A DNA stretch of 64,000 nucleotides from Perkinsus olseni (lineage: Eukaryota), in NCBI GenBank assembly GCA_013115125.1, contig JABANN010000007.1, forward strand, positions 62,001 to 126,000, read 5' to 3'. Shown here piece after piece: positions 30,843-43,002 of the stretch (its first letter is position 1; every line of letters begins with the position of its first letter). The notes beneath the pieces were generated by a model. It saw only the letters and a program-made list of their open reading frames with translations. It had not been told where the DNA came from and searched no databases. Made by a program: the position numbers and the translations under genes.

Positions 30843-31118
30843 TCAAATCTAATGATGATCCAACAACCTACGAATCATGAGCCGCATCCACTCGAGTATG
30901 CGGAATAACGCCGCTCCCGACGTCTGCTGGTGCCTACCACTAACGTATCACGCGATTCACCGAACAATAATAACCGCAGCCCTTACCGACTACCGTGACC
31001 TGGCTTCCTCCTTCTACCAGACCACTAGGAGAACCACTCAAGACCGCAAAGGAGGCGGAGGTATAATAACACGGCACCTTGGGTAGAAATGATACGAAAC
31101 ATGGGTCATGGAAGAGGT

Positions 31119-32927
31119 TTACGAGGGATGAGCTGCGGTAGTGGAGCGATTTAGGACCTGTGCTAGAGCCTTGTGCCACCAATGGTCAGCTTGCCGACCA
31201 AGCATCTGCCAGTCACGACACATCTTGCTGCTGACATCACTTAGGTACAGCAGATCCAGCATGTCCATAGTATCCAGCATATCCTGGATATTATTGAACT
31301 GGCCAAGGTGTGGTAGGGTGGTGAAATCGGAGAAGCCCAAGTAGTGGAACTGTTGATGGACCCCAAAGGGCCCACCAAACCCAAGAGGAGGGCCTTCGGA
31401 CCCAAAAGCTTCAGAAACACTTTTAGGGTCATAATAGTCAACGTACCTCTCCGGGTGAGTGCTGGCAAGATTCCCGTCAGGCTGGAACATGAGCCGCATC
31501 ATCCAGGTGTGGGTGGGTAAGAAGATAGGAATGCCCATTGAATAGAACTCATAGAGGGAGATAGTGGCATGCTCCCATGGGAAGAAGAAGATAGCCCAAA
31601 ACCGAGACATACGAGTGAAGGTCAGCTCTTCCTCCACACCCACTCCGGAGTAGACAATGCTCACGCTCAACTGACGGCCATGGGAGGCCTCCCATGAACT
31701 CAAGATCCGCTCAATCGCCCTCCTGAGTGCCCACTCGTTGCGATGCCTGTAGACCACAAGCACCTCCTTTCTATTAACATCTGGAGACCATCGATATCGA
31801 GATGCCCAGTCAGCCCTGACTCTAACGACGGGCGGACCGTCCAACAATCCAAGCTGTGCCTTGATCTGTAGAGCGCTGAGCGGGTTGTTGGCAGCTACTC
31901 TCGCTCGTTCAGACCTCGCTAGACCCTGCGAAATGTCCCAGAACTCTTCACGCGCCGTGGCATTGTCAGGAAGGTCAACAGGAGCCTTCCACAGTAGTGG
32001 CAAGCCTACGTATACAAGCATGGGCTTGGCAGTAAGATTGTGGACGATGCCGCAAAGGATGAAGGGCCCTGTGCAGGTATAGAGATCGCTCTTAAAGTTC
32101 GCTGAGGCAACGAGGCCCCCACCAAGGGTGCGATACCCTTCCATTGTGAGGTCCACACCATCCTCGTTAGAGTTCAGGGCAGCGGCCAAGCTGGAACCAG
32201 ACTCACAGAGCTCTCTAAAGTACTCACAGCGGTACTGTATGCCATCGTAGTGCACCCTCACCTCTACGCCGTCGTCAGCCGACGCCATGATGTCTTTAAC
32301 CCTCTCCACTGGTTCTAGTGTTAACGATGGATGGGTACCAATAGCATGTACGGCCAGAGAGCCTCTGCCGTGTGATGAACGCAGCTGTCGTGTGAGGTCG
32401 GGCAACGAGAGTGGAGGATCCCAACTGGGGTTAGGTGGTCGAGCTCGCTCGTGGGGGAAGGGATGAGAGGCAGGGTTCTGTACAGCCGCTAATAGGTCAA
32501 CGTATCGTACGGGCCACCAGGAGGAATCTAGGAAGTCAAGTACGCCACCCTTCCCCAGAGCCCACACGGCGATTCTAGCGGAATCGCCAGAGCCCGTCAC
32601 GATCGCTTCTACGTAGAGCGCAGTAAGTATACCATAAAGGCAGGTAGTCGTCGGCCCACCGCTGACGAGAGAATCTGAGAACTCCAGCACAGCATGCTCT
32701 AGGTCTAGGTAAGGGTCAGAGAGTATCCGTAGTGCTGAGTCAGCAAGCTGAGGTGATACCGTCCAGTTGTCATTGAAGGCTGCCTGAGAGAGCTCCCTGA
32801 AGTTACGCCATAGTCGATCATCAACGACGCCAACACAGTCGAACAAATCGGTGACCATGCCGCATAACGGCAAGGGCATCACAAGCAATAACCCAAGGAG
32901 CCTCGCCGCTGCAACTGTCCACCCCAT
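31119..32927 (-). CDS. Intronless secreted or luminal glycosyltransferase-like protein (GT-B-type C-terminus), 602 aa
   Basis: Signal-peptide-like N-terminus (AAARLLGLLLVMPLPLCG); FWAIFFFPWEHATISLYEFYSMGIPIFLPT resembles the GT-B donor-binding P..E....s..E....G.P pattern. Confidence 0.6.
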   Translation of the reverse strand: MGWTVAAARLLGLLLVMPLPLCGMVTDLFDCVGVVDDRLWRNFRELSQAAFNDNWTVSPQLADSALRILSDPYLDLEHAVLEFSDSLVSGGPTTTCLYGILTALYVEAIVTGSGDSARIAVWALGKGGVLDFLDSSWWPVRYVDLLAAVQNPASHPFPHERARPPNPSWDPPLSLPDLTRQLRSSHGRGSLAVHAIGTHPSLTLEPVERVKDIMASADDGVEVRVHYDGIQYRCEYFRELCESGSSLAAALNSNEDGVDLTMEGYRTLGGGLVASANFKSDLYTCTGPFILCGIVHNLTAKPMLVYVGLPLLWKAPVDLPDNATAREEFWDISQGLARSERARVAANNPLSALQIKAQLGLLDGPPVVRVRADWASRYRWSPDVNRKEVLVVYRHRNEWALRRAIERILSSWEASHGRQLSVSIVYSGVGVEEELTFTRMSRFWAIFFFPWEHATISLYEFYSMGIPIFLPTHTWMMRLMFQPDGNLASTHPERYVDYYDPKSVSEAFGSEGPPLGFGGPFGVHQQFHYLGFSDFTTLPHLGQFNNIQDMLDTMDMLDLLYLSDVSSKMCRDWQMLGRQADHWWHKALAQVLNRSTTAAHPS

Positions 32928-33108
32928 AGTGTAGAGGCACCACTGATGGGCTCTCCACCAGGATTACAAGCCACTGAGGCAGAACAGCTGATGCAAGGAT
33001 CCCATCAGATGGCGATGGGCAACAGAGCAGGCCTACGAGCAGGTGGAGAGGAGAGCACAACATTAGAGGCGAGGAAAGAAACACGCGTTGCCTTCAGTCC
33101 TGAGTTCA

Positions 33109-35019
33109 TCACAGAATTGACGAGTATCGGTTGGGGTATAGAAGGAACATGGCGAGCACAATGGTTATCCAAAGGCTACACCATAGGCCTTCTCTATGGG
33201 ATATCAATGACTTCACCTCATTAGACATGGGCCGGAAGTAGAACAACCAGATCATCGTACCGACACAAAATTGGACGAAAACCACAACTGGCCAATAGTA
33301 GAAAACAAAATGGTCGTTAGAACAATCGAACTTGACGAAATCAAGAGCCCTCTCTCCTCGTAGTGCCGCAGTTGCCGGTGGTACTATCAGCCTCGCAGTA
33401 CTGGTAGTACAGAACGAAACCGTGCTCAGCCAGGTACAGACAATGGCTATGGCCTTGGGAGTGGGCACACTACGGCATGACCTCATCCACACGGTCAGCC
33501 CAGCCACCAAGGCAGCCTCTCCAATGAAGCCTCCAGTAGTTAACCGAGCCATGAGGCACAAACCCAACCACATGGTAGCAGAGATGGGCCCCACTGCAAA
33601 GGGCATATGCTCCATGGCCATCTCCATCAAGATGGTCCATCCCGCCATTGGCATCCTCCGACTAAGCAAGTTCCGTGGAGACGATAAGGGAAGAACGGTG
33701 ACGGCCGCTTGCGCAATCGTTGATAGGAGTATCCCACTTGTGAAGCCATCCCCGAAGAGCCTCCTGGCCTGCTGGAAAGCTAGGGTCGCGAAAGAGATGA
33801 CCATGACATAACCATAGGGCCAGAGTACGGGGTTGAGGTGGTTATTGGAGAGGATAGAACCGTCTAGCACATCCAGCCAGCCTGGTGACGGTGGGGCCAC
33901 TAGACTGGGAAGGGCCCGCTCGACTGGCCCGTAGGCCGATGCCCCTCGCAGCACAGCAGTAAGGAACTCGCCATTCCCGAAGTAGTGATTGAGATAGCCA
34001 GATAGGCCCAGCAACGGAGCACGAGTCATAGCAGTGAGCGCCAAACCTTTGGCGGTGCTCTTGCCTGCCATCACACCGAGGACGGCGAGAGTAAAGTTAG
34101 TCTCATAGGACACAGCCAACCAGTCATATGCCTTCTTAGTGTTGGGTAAGCAGACATAGGTGGCCGACTGATTTATAATGAGCAGTACCACGGCCAGAGG
34201 GCCCACGATCATACTAAGATTAGAAGCTTTAGGAATGCTCGTTAGCTGTCGGATCCCTGCAGATAAGGAGAAGCCATCAACACCCAGGTAGGTTGCTGCC
34301 AGAAATGATAGTATGAACATCGCTAGCATGGATGACGTGATAGGGCCCTCGCCATCTTTGTCGAGTTCCCTCTCGCTGACCTCTGCCATGGTGACATCAT
34401 CAACACCACTAAGGGATACGTTGATGTCGTGCAAGTAGACTGGTAAGACCTCATGTTTGAGCTCTTCAGGAGAGCACACAGAGGGCACGCACAGTCCAAA
34501 GGGTCTAGTCTTAACCTCAGAGGTGTCCAGCGTTACCATAAGATACGTTGAAGGCACACCGAAAGCATTGCCCGAGCACGCACGCCAATCAGCATCGATA
34601 TGCCAGCGACCCTCAAAGGGTATAGGGGAGCCACCTATAGACCTATCTCCCGCTGATCCAGCCGCCATAATATGCCACTGGAAGAGGCAAGGCTGCATAT
34701 AAGCGTCGACTTGAGGGAGATCCTCAACACGTCTCAATGCCGAGGATGCCACCGTACTCTCATTATCAGAGGTACCTCGGTAATTCTCTGATAGAATGTC
34801 GGATGCTACGACAAGATGGGAATCGCTAGTCACCGGTGTATCTCGACAGCACTCGTTGCGCGTTGTCTCATTGATCCCCCAGCAGCCTCCAACAGTAGCA
34901 CCACCACAGCAGTTCGACGGTAGACGGCCGGCGGCTTCGTCGAAGCAAGACCCCTCAGATGAGTTAGACGCCGCTGCTGCTGCTAGAGCAGGAAGCAGGA
35001 GGAGGAAGGGCAATCGCAT
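33109..35019 (-). CDS. Intronless NRF-6-like (NRF domain + acyltransferase-3-like multi-pass) membrane protein
   Basis: Likely start at 35019 (MRLPFLLLLPALAAAAAS, signal peptide); Cys-rich ectodomain; FGLCVPSVCSPEEL typical of the NRF domain; many hydrophobic helices follow. Confidence 0.6.
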   Translation of the reverse strand: MRLPFLLLLPALAAAAASNSSEGSCFDEAAGRLPSNCCGGATVGGCWGINETTRNECCRDTPVTSDSHLVVASDILSENYRGTSDNESTVASSALRRVEDLPQVDAYMQPCLFQWHIMAAGSAGDRSIGGSPIPFEGRWHIDADWRACSGNAFGVPSTYLMVTLDTSEVKTRPFGLCVPSVCSPEELKHEVLPVYLHDINVSLSGVDDVTMAEVSERELDKDGEGPITSSMLAMFILSFLAATYLGVDGFSLSAGIRQLTSIPKASNLSMIVGPLAVVLLIINQSATYVCLPNTKKAYDWLAVSYETNFTLAVLGVMAGKSTAKGLALTAMTRAPLLGLSGYLNHYFGNGEFLTAVLRGASAYGPVERALPSLVAPPSPGWLDVLDGSILSNNHLNPVLWPYGYVMVISFATLAFQQARRLFGDGFTSGILLSTIAQAAVTVLPLSSPRNLLSRRMPMAGWTILMEMAMEHMPFAVGPISATMWLGLCLMARLTTGGFIGEAALVAGLTVWMRSCRSVPTPKAIAIVCTWLSTVSFCTTSTARLIVPPATAALRGERALDFVKFDCSNDHFVFYYWPVVVFVQFCVGTMIWLFYFRPMSNEVKSLISHREGLWCSLWITIVLAMFLLYPNRYSSIL

Positions 35020-35259
35020 TAGAAGATCCGCCTGATGGAGATACATAATAACCAATACCTTGGTAGAGCGAACACTTGCACAAATAGCACAGAAACGAGT
35101 CATGATCATCATGGCATCACACCGCTCGGTCAATATACGACTTTCTTTTCTTCTTGTCGTAAAATGGTACCCCCAAGTACTTCTCAAGGACTTGCAGCTG
35201 AGTAGAAAAGCCAGACTCTCATTGACCGCGGTACGCTCCTTACCTCGAACAGGTGGGGT

Positions 35260-38200
35260 TTAACCATCCCCTGCTGGATCTGGAGAAGTCGTCGTTCCGG
35301 TATAAGAGTGGCGTGCATCAGCTTAGCCACGGGTATCTTCTTAGACTAACATAGCATCCGGAATAATAAACATCGACCCTGGCGTTATCTGCCTACCGCT
35401 CTGGCAAACCTTATAGCCTCCCCTAGATGAGGGAAGGAGCGGAAATTCCACCTCCTGTGAAGCCCAGGTGTCAGAAAGTGGCGGTATCGGCACTGCTGCG
35501 GTGTGGCCAGTGGTGTCAGAATATTTCCCGGACCCCGACGAAGGGCTGCTAATAAAGTCATATTCATAATAAGCTGACCCATGGCCATGAGCGTTATCCC
35601 GCCGAACGCGAGAGGGTCCCGATACTCGAAGCACAACTGCCTCATGTAGGGCATGCGCTAGGCATCAGCCTCATCGCTTATCACAGTAAACTCTCGTAGC
35701 TTCTTAATTCTTTCGTCTTCCGCCGCCTAAGATGACAACATTAACGGAGTGGGGGCGGCGGCGACGTCCTCAGATACCATATCGTCTATCAGCTCTTCCT
35801 GCTGCTTAGCCACGTTAGCCCTACAATTCTCCTCAAACTGCTGTAAGAAGGTACCCAGATTATGAATGATGCAAACCTGGGACCATGGACGCTTCGCCTA
35901 CCACCACCATCACCGCCGCCAACTACACGCCTACTTCCCGTGACGTGCGCTCGTGGAGTTCAGCGTTGACGGTGTGTAATATATTATCCAGGTCAGCCGC
36001 GATTCTCTCCTCATCATCTTTATGCCGAGCTCTACTCTTTCTAGTCCTAGCCCAGACAGCATTCATCCCTCCCTCATGACACAAGGTACCCCTCACTGAA
36101 GAGCGTCTGACATCCTAATCCCGTTCAAGGCATCTTCACGAGCCTGCTTCTCCTCCGACACCGATCGCCGCACCTACTACCACATCTCCTCTCGCAATAG
36201 TGCAGGCAGTCCAAAGGCAGTACCTTCCCGAAGAGCCTCTCCCTCATAGTATCCCATTCTTCCTCATGACGTCTACGCTCCTCAGAGCACTCAGCAATCT
36301 GACCTGATTCCCATCAAGCTGACGTGCCAGGTGTTGGGATTCGAGCCTGCGACCTCGGAGCTCCTCTATTTTCTGTAGGAATGCATCCCCGACGCTTCCG
36401 TCTATGTGCCTTTTCCGCTCCTCACTTTCCTTCGCGGTACCTTCCGATACCGTGGCAAGTCTCTGATGAAAATTAGAACCTTCCTCTTCCCAGTGGATAT
36501 ACAGATCCCCACACAACCAACATGGTCCCTTATCACCTCTCCCAACAGGCCACACTTGCTTGCCCAATCACTGCTACTCTCATCGATCCGATCTACCCAC
36601 TCTCGCTGCAGTTCATCTCTGCGACCACAAAATGTCTCTTTAAACACCCTTCGCAGGTCCTCATGGCTCTCAGCGAACTTTGCTGTGAGTAGAGCCTTCA
36701 CTTCGTTCATTTTCTCCTGCTCTAGCTCATACCTGTACCAAACGTCGACAAAACTGTCGAAAGGCACCATGCTCAGCCTAATGGCTAGCCACTCCACCTT
36801 TGCTCGATCAATAGCTTCTGCTTCTCTCTACACCTCCGTGACTCATCGAGTAGCCCTTCCAAGACAGCCACGTCTGCCCTCAGCCCACTCAGTGGCTCTG
36901 ACTTCACCGTTACCTCCTCAAAAGGGCCGAGCTCTCCGATCTGCTGTCACTGATAATAGCATGCTGCCGACCCGTAGACTCCACCTTCTGATTCCGGTCG
37001 ACCGCTTGCTGCCTGAGGTCCAACAGCTCCTGTTTTGTTAGCGGGGCCAATGGAATGCCACTAGCTGATACACCTGGTTGACAAGAGTCTGAATGAAAAG
37101 CAGGGAGCAGTACATGCACTGTCACCAAGGACGGCCCAATAGCTCTACTAGTTGCAGCTGTCATGGTTGCATATGATGTGCCGCTCTGTATGGCGAAGGT
37201 ACTTCCTGTTGAGCCTTGGGAAATCCTCCGCGTGGTTGGTACTCGACTCGAGGACATTGCGACGACTTCAGCGATACAACTACAAGAGGCGGCCGATGTA
37301 GTCAGGTGCCCAATGGGGTGAGAACACAAAAAGCCGTTGAGCACTGATGCATACTGCCTGTATTAATGAGTGTTAGTCCATGCTCAGAGAGGAGGATAAT
37401 GATGACGGTAGGGATGGTACAGAGATTTTACTCTTAGAGACGGCACTGCTGCCTCGAGAAGATGACCGCCGCCGCTGATTACGAGCGTGGCGTAGGTCCC
37501 TTAGTTCCTTCTGCCAGTCATCGATTATCTCCATTAATGATGATTCACCTCCAGGATGAGCTGACGTTGCCGTTGGTGAACTCAGAGAGATGGAAGGGAC
37601 TGGGGTATCATCAACAGGAATATCTTCCTCCACCGAGTCCATCTGTCGGGTCATCATCGACGATACTTCCGAGCCCCTCTGTGTGCTACTCCTAAGGACA
37701 ACACCTGTCGCTGTACGATGCCCCAACACGCTATACCGCGGTAGGCCACACTAAGGACGCGACTAGACACCGGTCGATGGCAGCGTGGATTCCTACCAAC
37801 TAGACTCATTTGCCAACTGCGAGTCACTCGACATCTCCAATACTACCTCTCTTTATTGAACTCCATCGGGTCCATCTCTAGTCTCCAGCCTCGAGCTCCA
37901 CGACTACTGCTCACCGATGCATTGCCCCCTCCCTCCTCTTCTGCTGTCTGGTACGTATACCCCGATGTACTACCGGTGCCATGCAGTAGATCTGTGACAC
38001 CACTAACACTCAAAGGGTGTGAGAGCTCCTCTTCAAGATAAGCCCTTGTCCTCGACCCCAGCGTAGATGATGACGAGGAGACATGGAAGTCCGACCCTAG
38101 GCTGCTAGACCGAGCTGCCTCCCTCCTGGCGGATGATGTCACAGTCGACCGTTTAGAGACAGTGTTATCATCATTATCGGTATCATCCGGCGGGGCGAGA

Positions 38201-38911
38201 CCTCCAAGGACTGACCACCACCAAGGATACCTGACAGTGCCGCGCTGATGATAGGCCCCAAGGATCCATCCCTGATAGAGAAGAGGTCAGAAGCTGACGG
38301 AGAGTGTGCGGGGTTCCTCTCGACCATCCTCGTGCTAGCTCACCTATCGCGTATCTCCGGATCAGTCGGCACTGGCAGCTGATCTCTTGTGCCACCCTCA
38401 ACCCTCGGTGCATGGAATACGTAGGGATCGCCGTCTCGCCAGGTATGGTCGGGTTTACGCAGAGGGCCACCGCCGCCCCCTCGACGCTGAGGCTCCCTCC
38501 CTGTCGGCTTGCGCCGAGACGCAGCAGGCAGAACCTTCCGGTGGGGTTGATCCTAGAGAGGCTTTACAATCCCGCTAGGCATGCATCCAAGGCTTTGTGA
38601 CTACCTTCACCTTCGAGCGGCGCGCGACCTCTCCGCTCGCGAATCTAGCCCGTACCAGCTTTATTTTATTTCCGAAATCCTCTACAGTATTCACAGTGGT
38701 GATGTCTATACCAGAATGAAGCAAGACAGATGCCCCCAGGCCCGAGAGCAACCGCATTATCTACCAAGCAGGCTTATCACTACTATGATGCCAGAGAGCA
38801 TGTTAATACCTCTATCACATCATCCTCGTTCTCAACGAAAGGTTTCACCAACTCCTGCACATCGGCCGCCATGCCGGCCTCCTCATGGGTCGACGAAAGA
38901 GACGATGACAT
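35260..38911 (-). CDS. Multi-exon Ser-rich / coiled-coil hypothetical protein (one or two genes)
   Basis: Chain of minus-strand exons (YELEQEKMNEVKALLTAKFAESHEDLRR; LQKIEELRGRRLESQHLARQL) with GT-AG introns. Confidence 0.55.
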
Positions 38912-39153
38912 GTGCGACGCCGATCCGACTAACTTAAAATGGAAAACGCGCCAACATAGTGCCACGCGCCATAAAATATCGCGCGCGCCCCGAGACGGTC
39001 CAAGATCGCGTCTCTCTAAGTGTCGGGTTGCCGCCCCCCACTATTGCTGCACAACGATCGGGGTTATCCAGGAAATGAATCCATTTCTAATTGTCTTGCA
39101 CAGCTCCTGTTGCCCGTCGTCTTCCATCGGTGCGCCATCCCCGGTGTTCACCA

Positions 39154-41293
39154 TCATCTCTTCTTCTTTCTCGGCCGCTTCTTCCCCGGCTCCATAATAT
39201 ACGCCACCTCAGCATCAGCTCCACACCGCATGAGCTCGGCTATCCACCCACGCTGTCTCGCTGATAGGTCGTCTCCAGGACCCTTCACTTCAACAAAACG
39301 CGCGCGCTGCCCTTGCCAAAGGGTAAGGTCTGGCATCCCTCCGCCCCAGTACCGCATGTCTGATAGTATACGTGTGAAGACTCTCACAAGAATACCAGCC
39401 CCCATGCATTGTGCTAGGCCTGCCAAAGCTTCTGGACTCCACGGTTCTACCTGTTGAATAGCCCCCTCCTGGTCACCAGGGGAGCTAGAGGTATGAACCC
39501 ACGTCAGGCCAACGAAGCGAAGGGGCGGTTGTTCCACTTCTCGCGACGCACGGATGACCTCTAGTGCCAACTGATGAGGCTCCAGGCGAGAGATCTCCTC
39601 TAGTCTAGCTCTAACACGAACAGCTCGGTCCAAGTAACCCTCTACGTACAGATCCCCAGGGTAGAGTTGGCAAGGGCTCACTACAGTACCCCTCCCCTCA
39701 GCATCCTCGATCAAATGGCGCCAAAGCAGTAAGGACATAAGTCGCCGCACCAAACTTCCCTCGTCGTGGACTCCGGGCCAACCTAAGTGCCGCAATGTAG
39801 CCGCCTCCACTCGACCATAGCTCCGTCCTGGCCCGCAATCGGCAATAGCATATCGATTAACAACGATATCAAAGGCTTGAGGCCCCCCTCCCTTGAGAGC
39901 TGACATCTCAGGGTACGGTATTCTGACAATGGGCTCCAGCTGTTGGGAAGGCCCAGCATCCAAGTCTATCTCCTCCATACAAGCCTTCGCTAATATGCCT
40001 TTGAATTCTCGCTGCCTACCGAGATGGCTTAAGTCAATGCGGAGTCTATGCAGGTGCTTAGCCAACCTACTAGGGTTCTGCAGTGTCGATGGCATCTTGT
40101 CGATAAGCCAACGTAGCGTAATAACGGCTTGCTCCCACTCCTTAGCCCTCTCCAACGCCCATACACTATGCCATACAAAACTGACAAGATGCCACCAACA
40201 AGTGAGCCTCGACTGCCATGGCTCAAGGGACTTCAACCTTCGTGTAACATCATCCAGATGGACGTCTACAAAGTTCATAATCGCCCGTCCAAGGGCCGCC
40301 AACTCCGTCGCACCACGGGGCCCGAGCTCCCACAGATGATTACCATACAACCCCACTCGAAGGAGCTCATATTCTCCACGGTCGAGCAACCAAGGTATAG
40401 TAGACAGAGAAGCATGCTGGAAGGCAGACCGAAACTTACCAGCCTTCGATAGAACGAGAGACTTCGGTATGGTCACCAGACGGAAGGCAACAGTAGACGA
40501 TGCATATTCCTGCGGGCTGCCACCTAGTACCTCCAATAGAGCGGTGGCGATAGCAAAGGCCCTCACAGCCACTACTGTCAGCCTAACGTAGGAAGGTTGC
40601 CGCAGCGCCGTAAGGACCATAGACATGTCTAGGACCCCAGCTGATCTACCAAGTGTCCGTTGACGGCCGCTGAACTCAGATCGGATGGCGTTGAGGAGTG
40701 AAGCCTTGGCACCACTGTTGGGTAAGCCCAGGGCTACGGCTAGCCTCCGCAGAGCAGTGGCGTCTAATGATACCAGTAAGTTAGTCATCAGGCCACCACC
40801 CTGCAGCAGCACCTCGGGCTTCCACCCAATAGAGTCGAAACCACTGAGCACCTCAGCCTCCTCGAAGGTCAGGATGTGTTCCGCTGGCGACAAGCGAGTG
40901 TGATAGATGAAGCCTCGTTGAAAGAGCTCCTCATCACCAGCCCCATCGGTAGTATGCCACTTGGGCCACTTCCTGCCTGCCAATGCAGCAAGCCGGCGTA
41001 CGGCTGTGAGACTCAGCCCATTCACAGCCTTCAACAGGCTATACTCCTCCTCATGAAGGTAACTGGTATAACCCTGAAGACGATCAGATGAACAACTATG
41101 CCAAGCAGCAACGGTCTCACACCTTTGGTGGCTGCGATCGTTCCCTCCGTGCAAGGTCGTCCATTATGAGCTCACAAGCGCATATTAGAGCCTCACCCGC
41201 GGCCGCGTGTGCCTCATGTCCCTTGACCGGCGGACTATCAGCCTCCGCGGTATCACTATCCGAAGACAGCAATACCACAGGCGAATCAGTCAT
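39154..41293 (-). CDS. FAN1: Fanconi-associated nuclease 1 (SAP-like + TPR-like + VRR-NUC); exons 41293-41123 and 41073-39154, ~696 aa
   Basis: GVHDEGSL; GGMPDLTLWQGQRARFVEVKGPGDDLSARQRGW (PD-(D/E)xK VRR-NUC); SAP-like LDATALRRLAVALGLPNSGAKASLLNAI; LERAKEWEQAV; C-terminal NLS-like KKRPRKKKR; in-frame GT-AG intron 41074-41122. Confidence 0.92.
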
Positions 41294-41439
41294 GAGGACT
41301 CAACCAGGGAGGGGCCTCCGAAAGAAGAATTGACCAGCACGTCAACCCAACAGAGGAGTGAGCAAAACTGTGATGAATTAGCCTCATCGCCACGAGCAGC
41401 AGTCGTGGTGAGAATGATAGAGCCGGCCACTGACCTTCA

Positions 41440-41983
41440 CTAGGCCGGCACTGCCCCCCCATACAAGTGGGAGACGTGTGACCTGTCCACGCATCTCTAG
41501 GGTCGTTGTTAGTGATGACACTACCTATGCTGTAGTGCAATAACCTGAGCCATCATCGGGAGGTCGATGTCCCCTCCCTGATGGACTTGAGCAGGGATGT
41601 CGAGATCCAGCTGCTTCTCACCGGATACCGTCCCAACCGCCTCGACAACCCTGCAGCAAACAGACTCACACCACCCAGTTCCACAGCACTGCTACTGCTG
41701 CCTACACAATGTCTCCGCTGCTTGGCGCTGATGCCCCGGCTGGGGACTTGCATAGGACCTGCTCCCCGTCAGGAGCCATAAGATGGAATTCGCCCTCGCT
41801 ACTGCCGCCGCCACTAAGCTGAGAAGATATTGTCAGTACGCATGAGTATGGCGGGTATAGGTGGAAAGCAGAGATGGTTTACCAAGGAAAATTGCCTACC
41901 TTCCCAATCAACCTCACACGGCAGCCTTTCATAGCAGTCATGTGACTACCATCGACCAATGGGCAAGAGAGGTTAGTGCTCAT
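41440..41983 (-). CDS. RPA3: Replication protein A 14-kDa subunit (RPA3/RPA14)-like OB-fold protein, 4 exons, not present in the ORF track
   Basis: Hand-spliced exons 41983-41900, 41818-41706, 41650-~41525 and ~41482-41440 give MSTNLSCPLVDGSHMTAMKGCRVRLIGKLSGGGSSEGEFHLMAPDGEQVLCKSPAG...VVEAVGTVSGEKQLD...GGDIDLPMMAQVIALQHRSHVSHLYGGAVPA*, about 120 aa, matching the RPA14 pattern. Confidence 0.75.
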
Positions 41984-43002
41984 AGTGGTGAGGGAGATTA
42001 CACAAGCTGACTAAAGGGTACGGGCGTCCACTGGACGACATGATGCAGCAGACGGTACTTCTGCAAACGACGACTGTAAGAGTATGCCCTCCCCACAGAT
42101 GTGGTGCAGCACTCCAACACAATACAATAGACAATGCATAACTAAAGCGCTGGGCGAGAAGGAGCGACCAATTAAAGCATGACTGAGTCTTATCATGACG
42201 ACTATGATAATGTCTGGTGACGCTTGAGCCCCCGTACTCGCTCTGTCTCAGTAGCCTTCGATCATCACCAGCTGGGTGGTGAGACCTTCCACTCACTCCA
42301 TTCCACTGCGATGCCAGCCACTGACTCTCAACACTCGAACTCTCGCCTGCTACATAAGTAGATAAAGCTGTCGTAGAGAATGGATCTCAGATCTCATGAG
42401 CAGCGTGCGAGCGGGTACGCTTCTTCTGAGAGAAGCGTTCACGGATTGTCCAGGCAAGTATACGTCACTCAGTGGTAAAAGACCAAGCAGCCGCCTGGCT
42501 ACCGAACTGGAAGCCGCGGCTTGGACCTACTTTCTGAGGGTTGAGTAGCCCTTCATTTCCCTAACAGCACTCGAGAACACCACCAATGACCGACAGAAGT
42601 TGAAAAGGACTCTTACTCTAGTACGTCTACGCAGGGATAGTATAGTACAGAGGCATTGCCTCCTCGAGCATCACTGGGCACTAGTGCGCCGCCATAAGGA
42701 GTGCGCTGCCGGAAAAGACAGCGAATCATAAGGAAAAACACACTTAGCCTCGGCAGTATCTACTTGTTAACCTCACAGGGCCCAAAGCCAAAAAAGTTGA
42801 GCCCTTCCTCAATACTATAGGTACATCCACTGCTTCCTACAAGCACAGTGGCTAAAGGAGGAAAGGGCCAAAGAAAAATTCTCAGATGAGACCAGCGGTG
42901 AATTGAGGTGAGTGCCGAGTCAGCGAAGTATGAAAAAAACGAACAGAGGTGGAGCCATAAGACTCTATTCGGTGATAACTATTCACAATAAGCTGTTATA
43001 GC

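Noticed and set aside
40215-40227. GCCATGGCTCAAG, similar to the 3' end of the dinoflagellate/Perkinsus spliced leader
   Set aside because: It is antisense within the FAN1 coding sequence and only a partial match. No convincing SL relic was seen upstream of any intronless gene.
42450-42461. Minus-strand ATACTTGCCTGG resembling the U1 snRNA 5' end
   Set aside because: One mismatch, and no U1-70K or U1A loop or Sm site downstream; it reads equally well as a chance CAG|GCAAGT on the plus strand.
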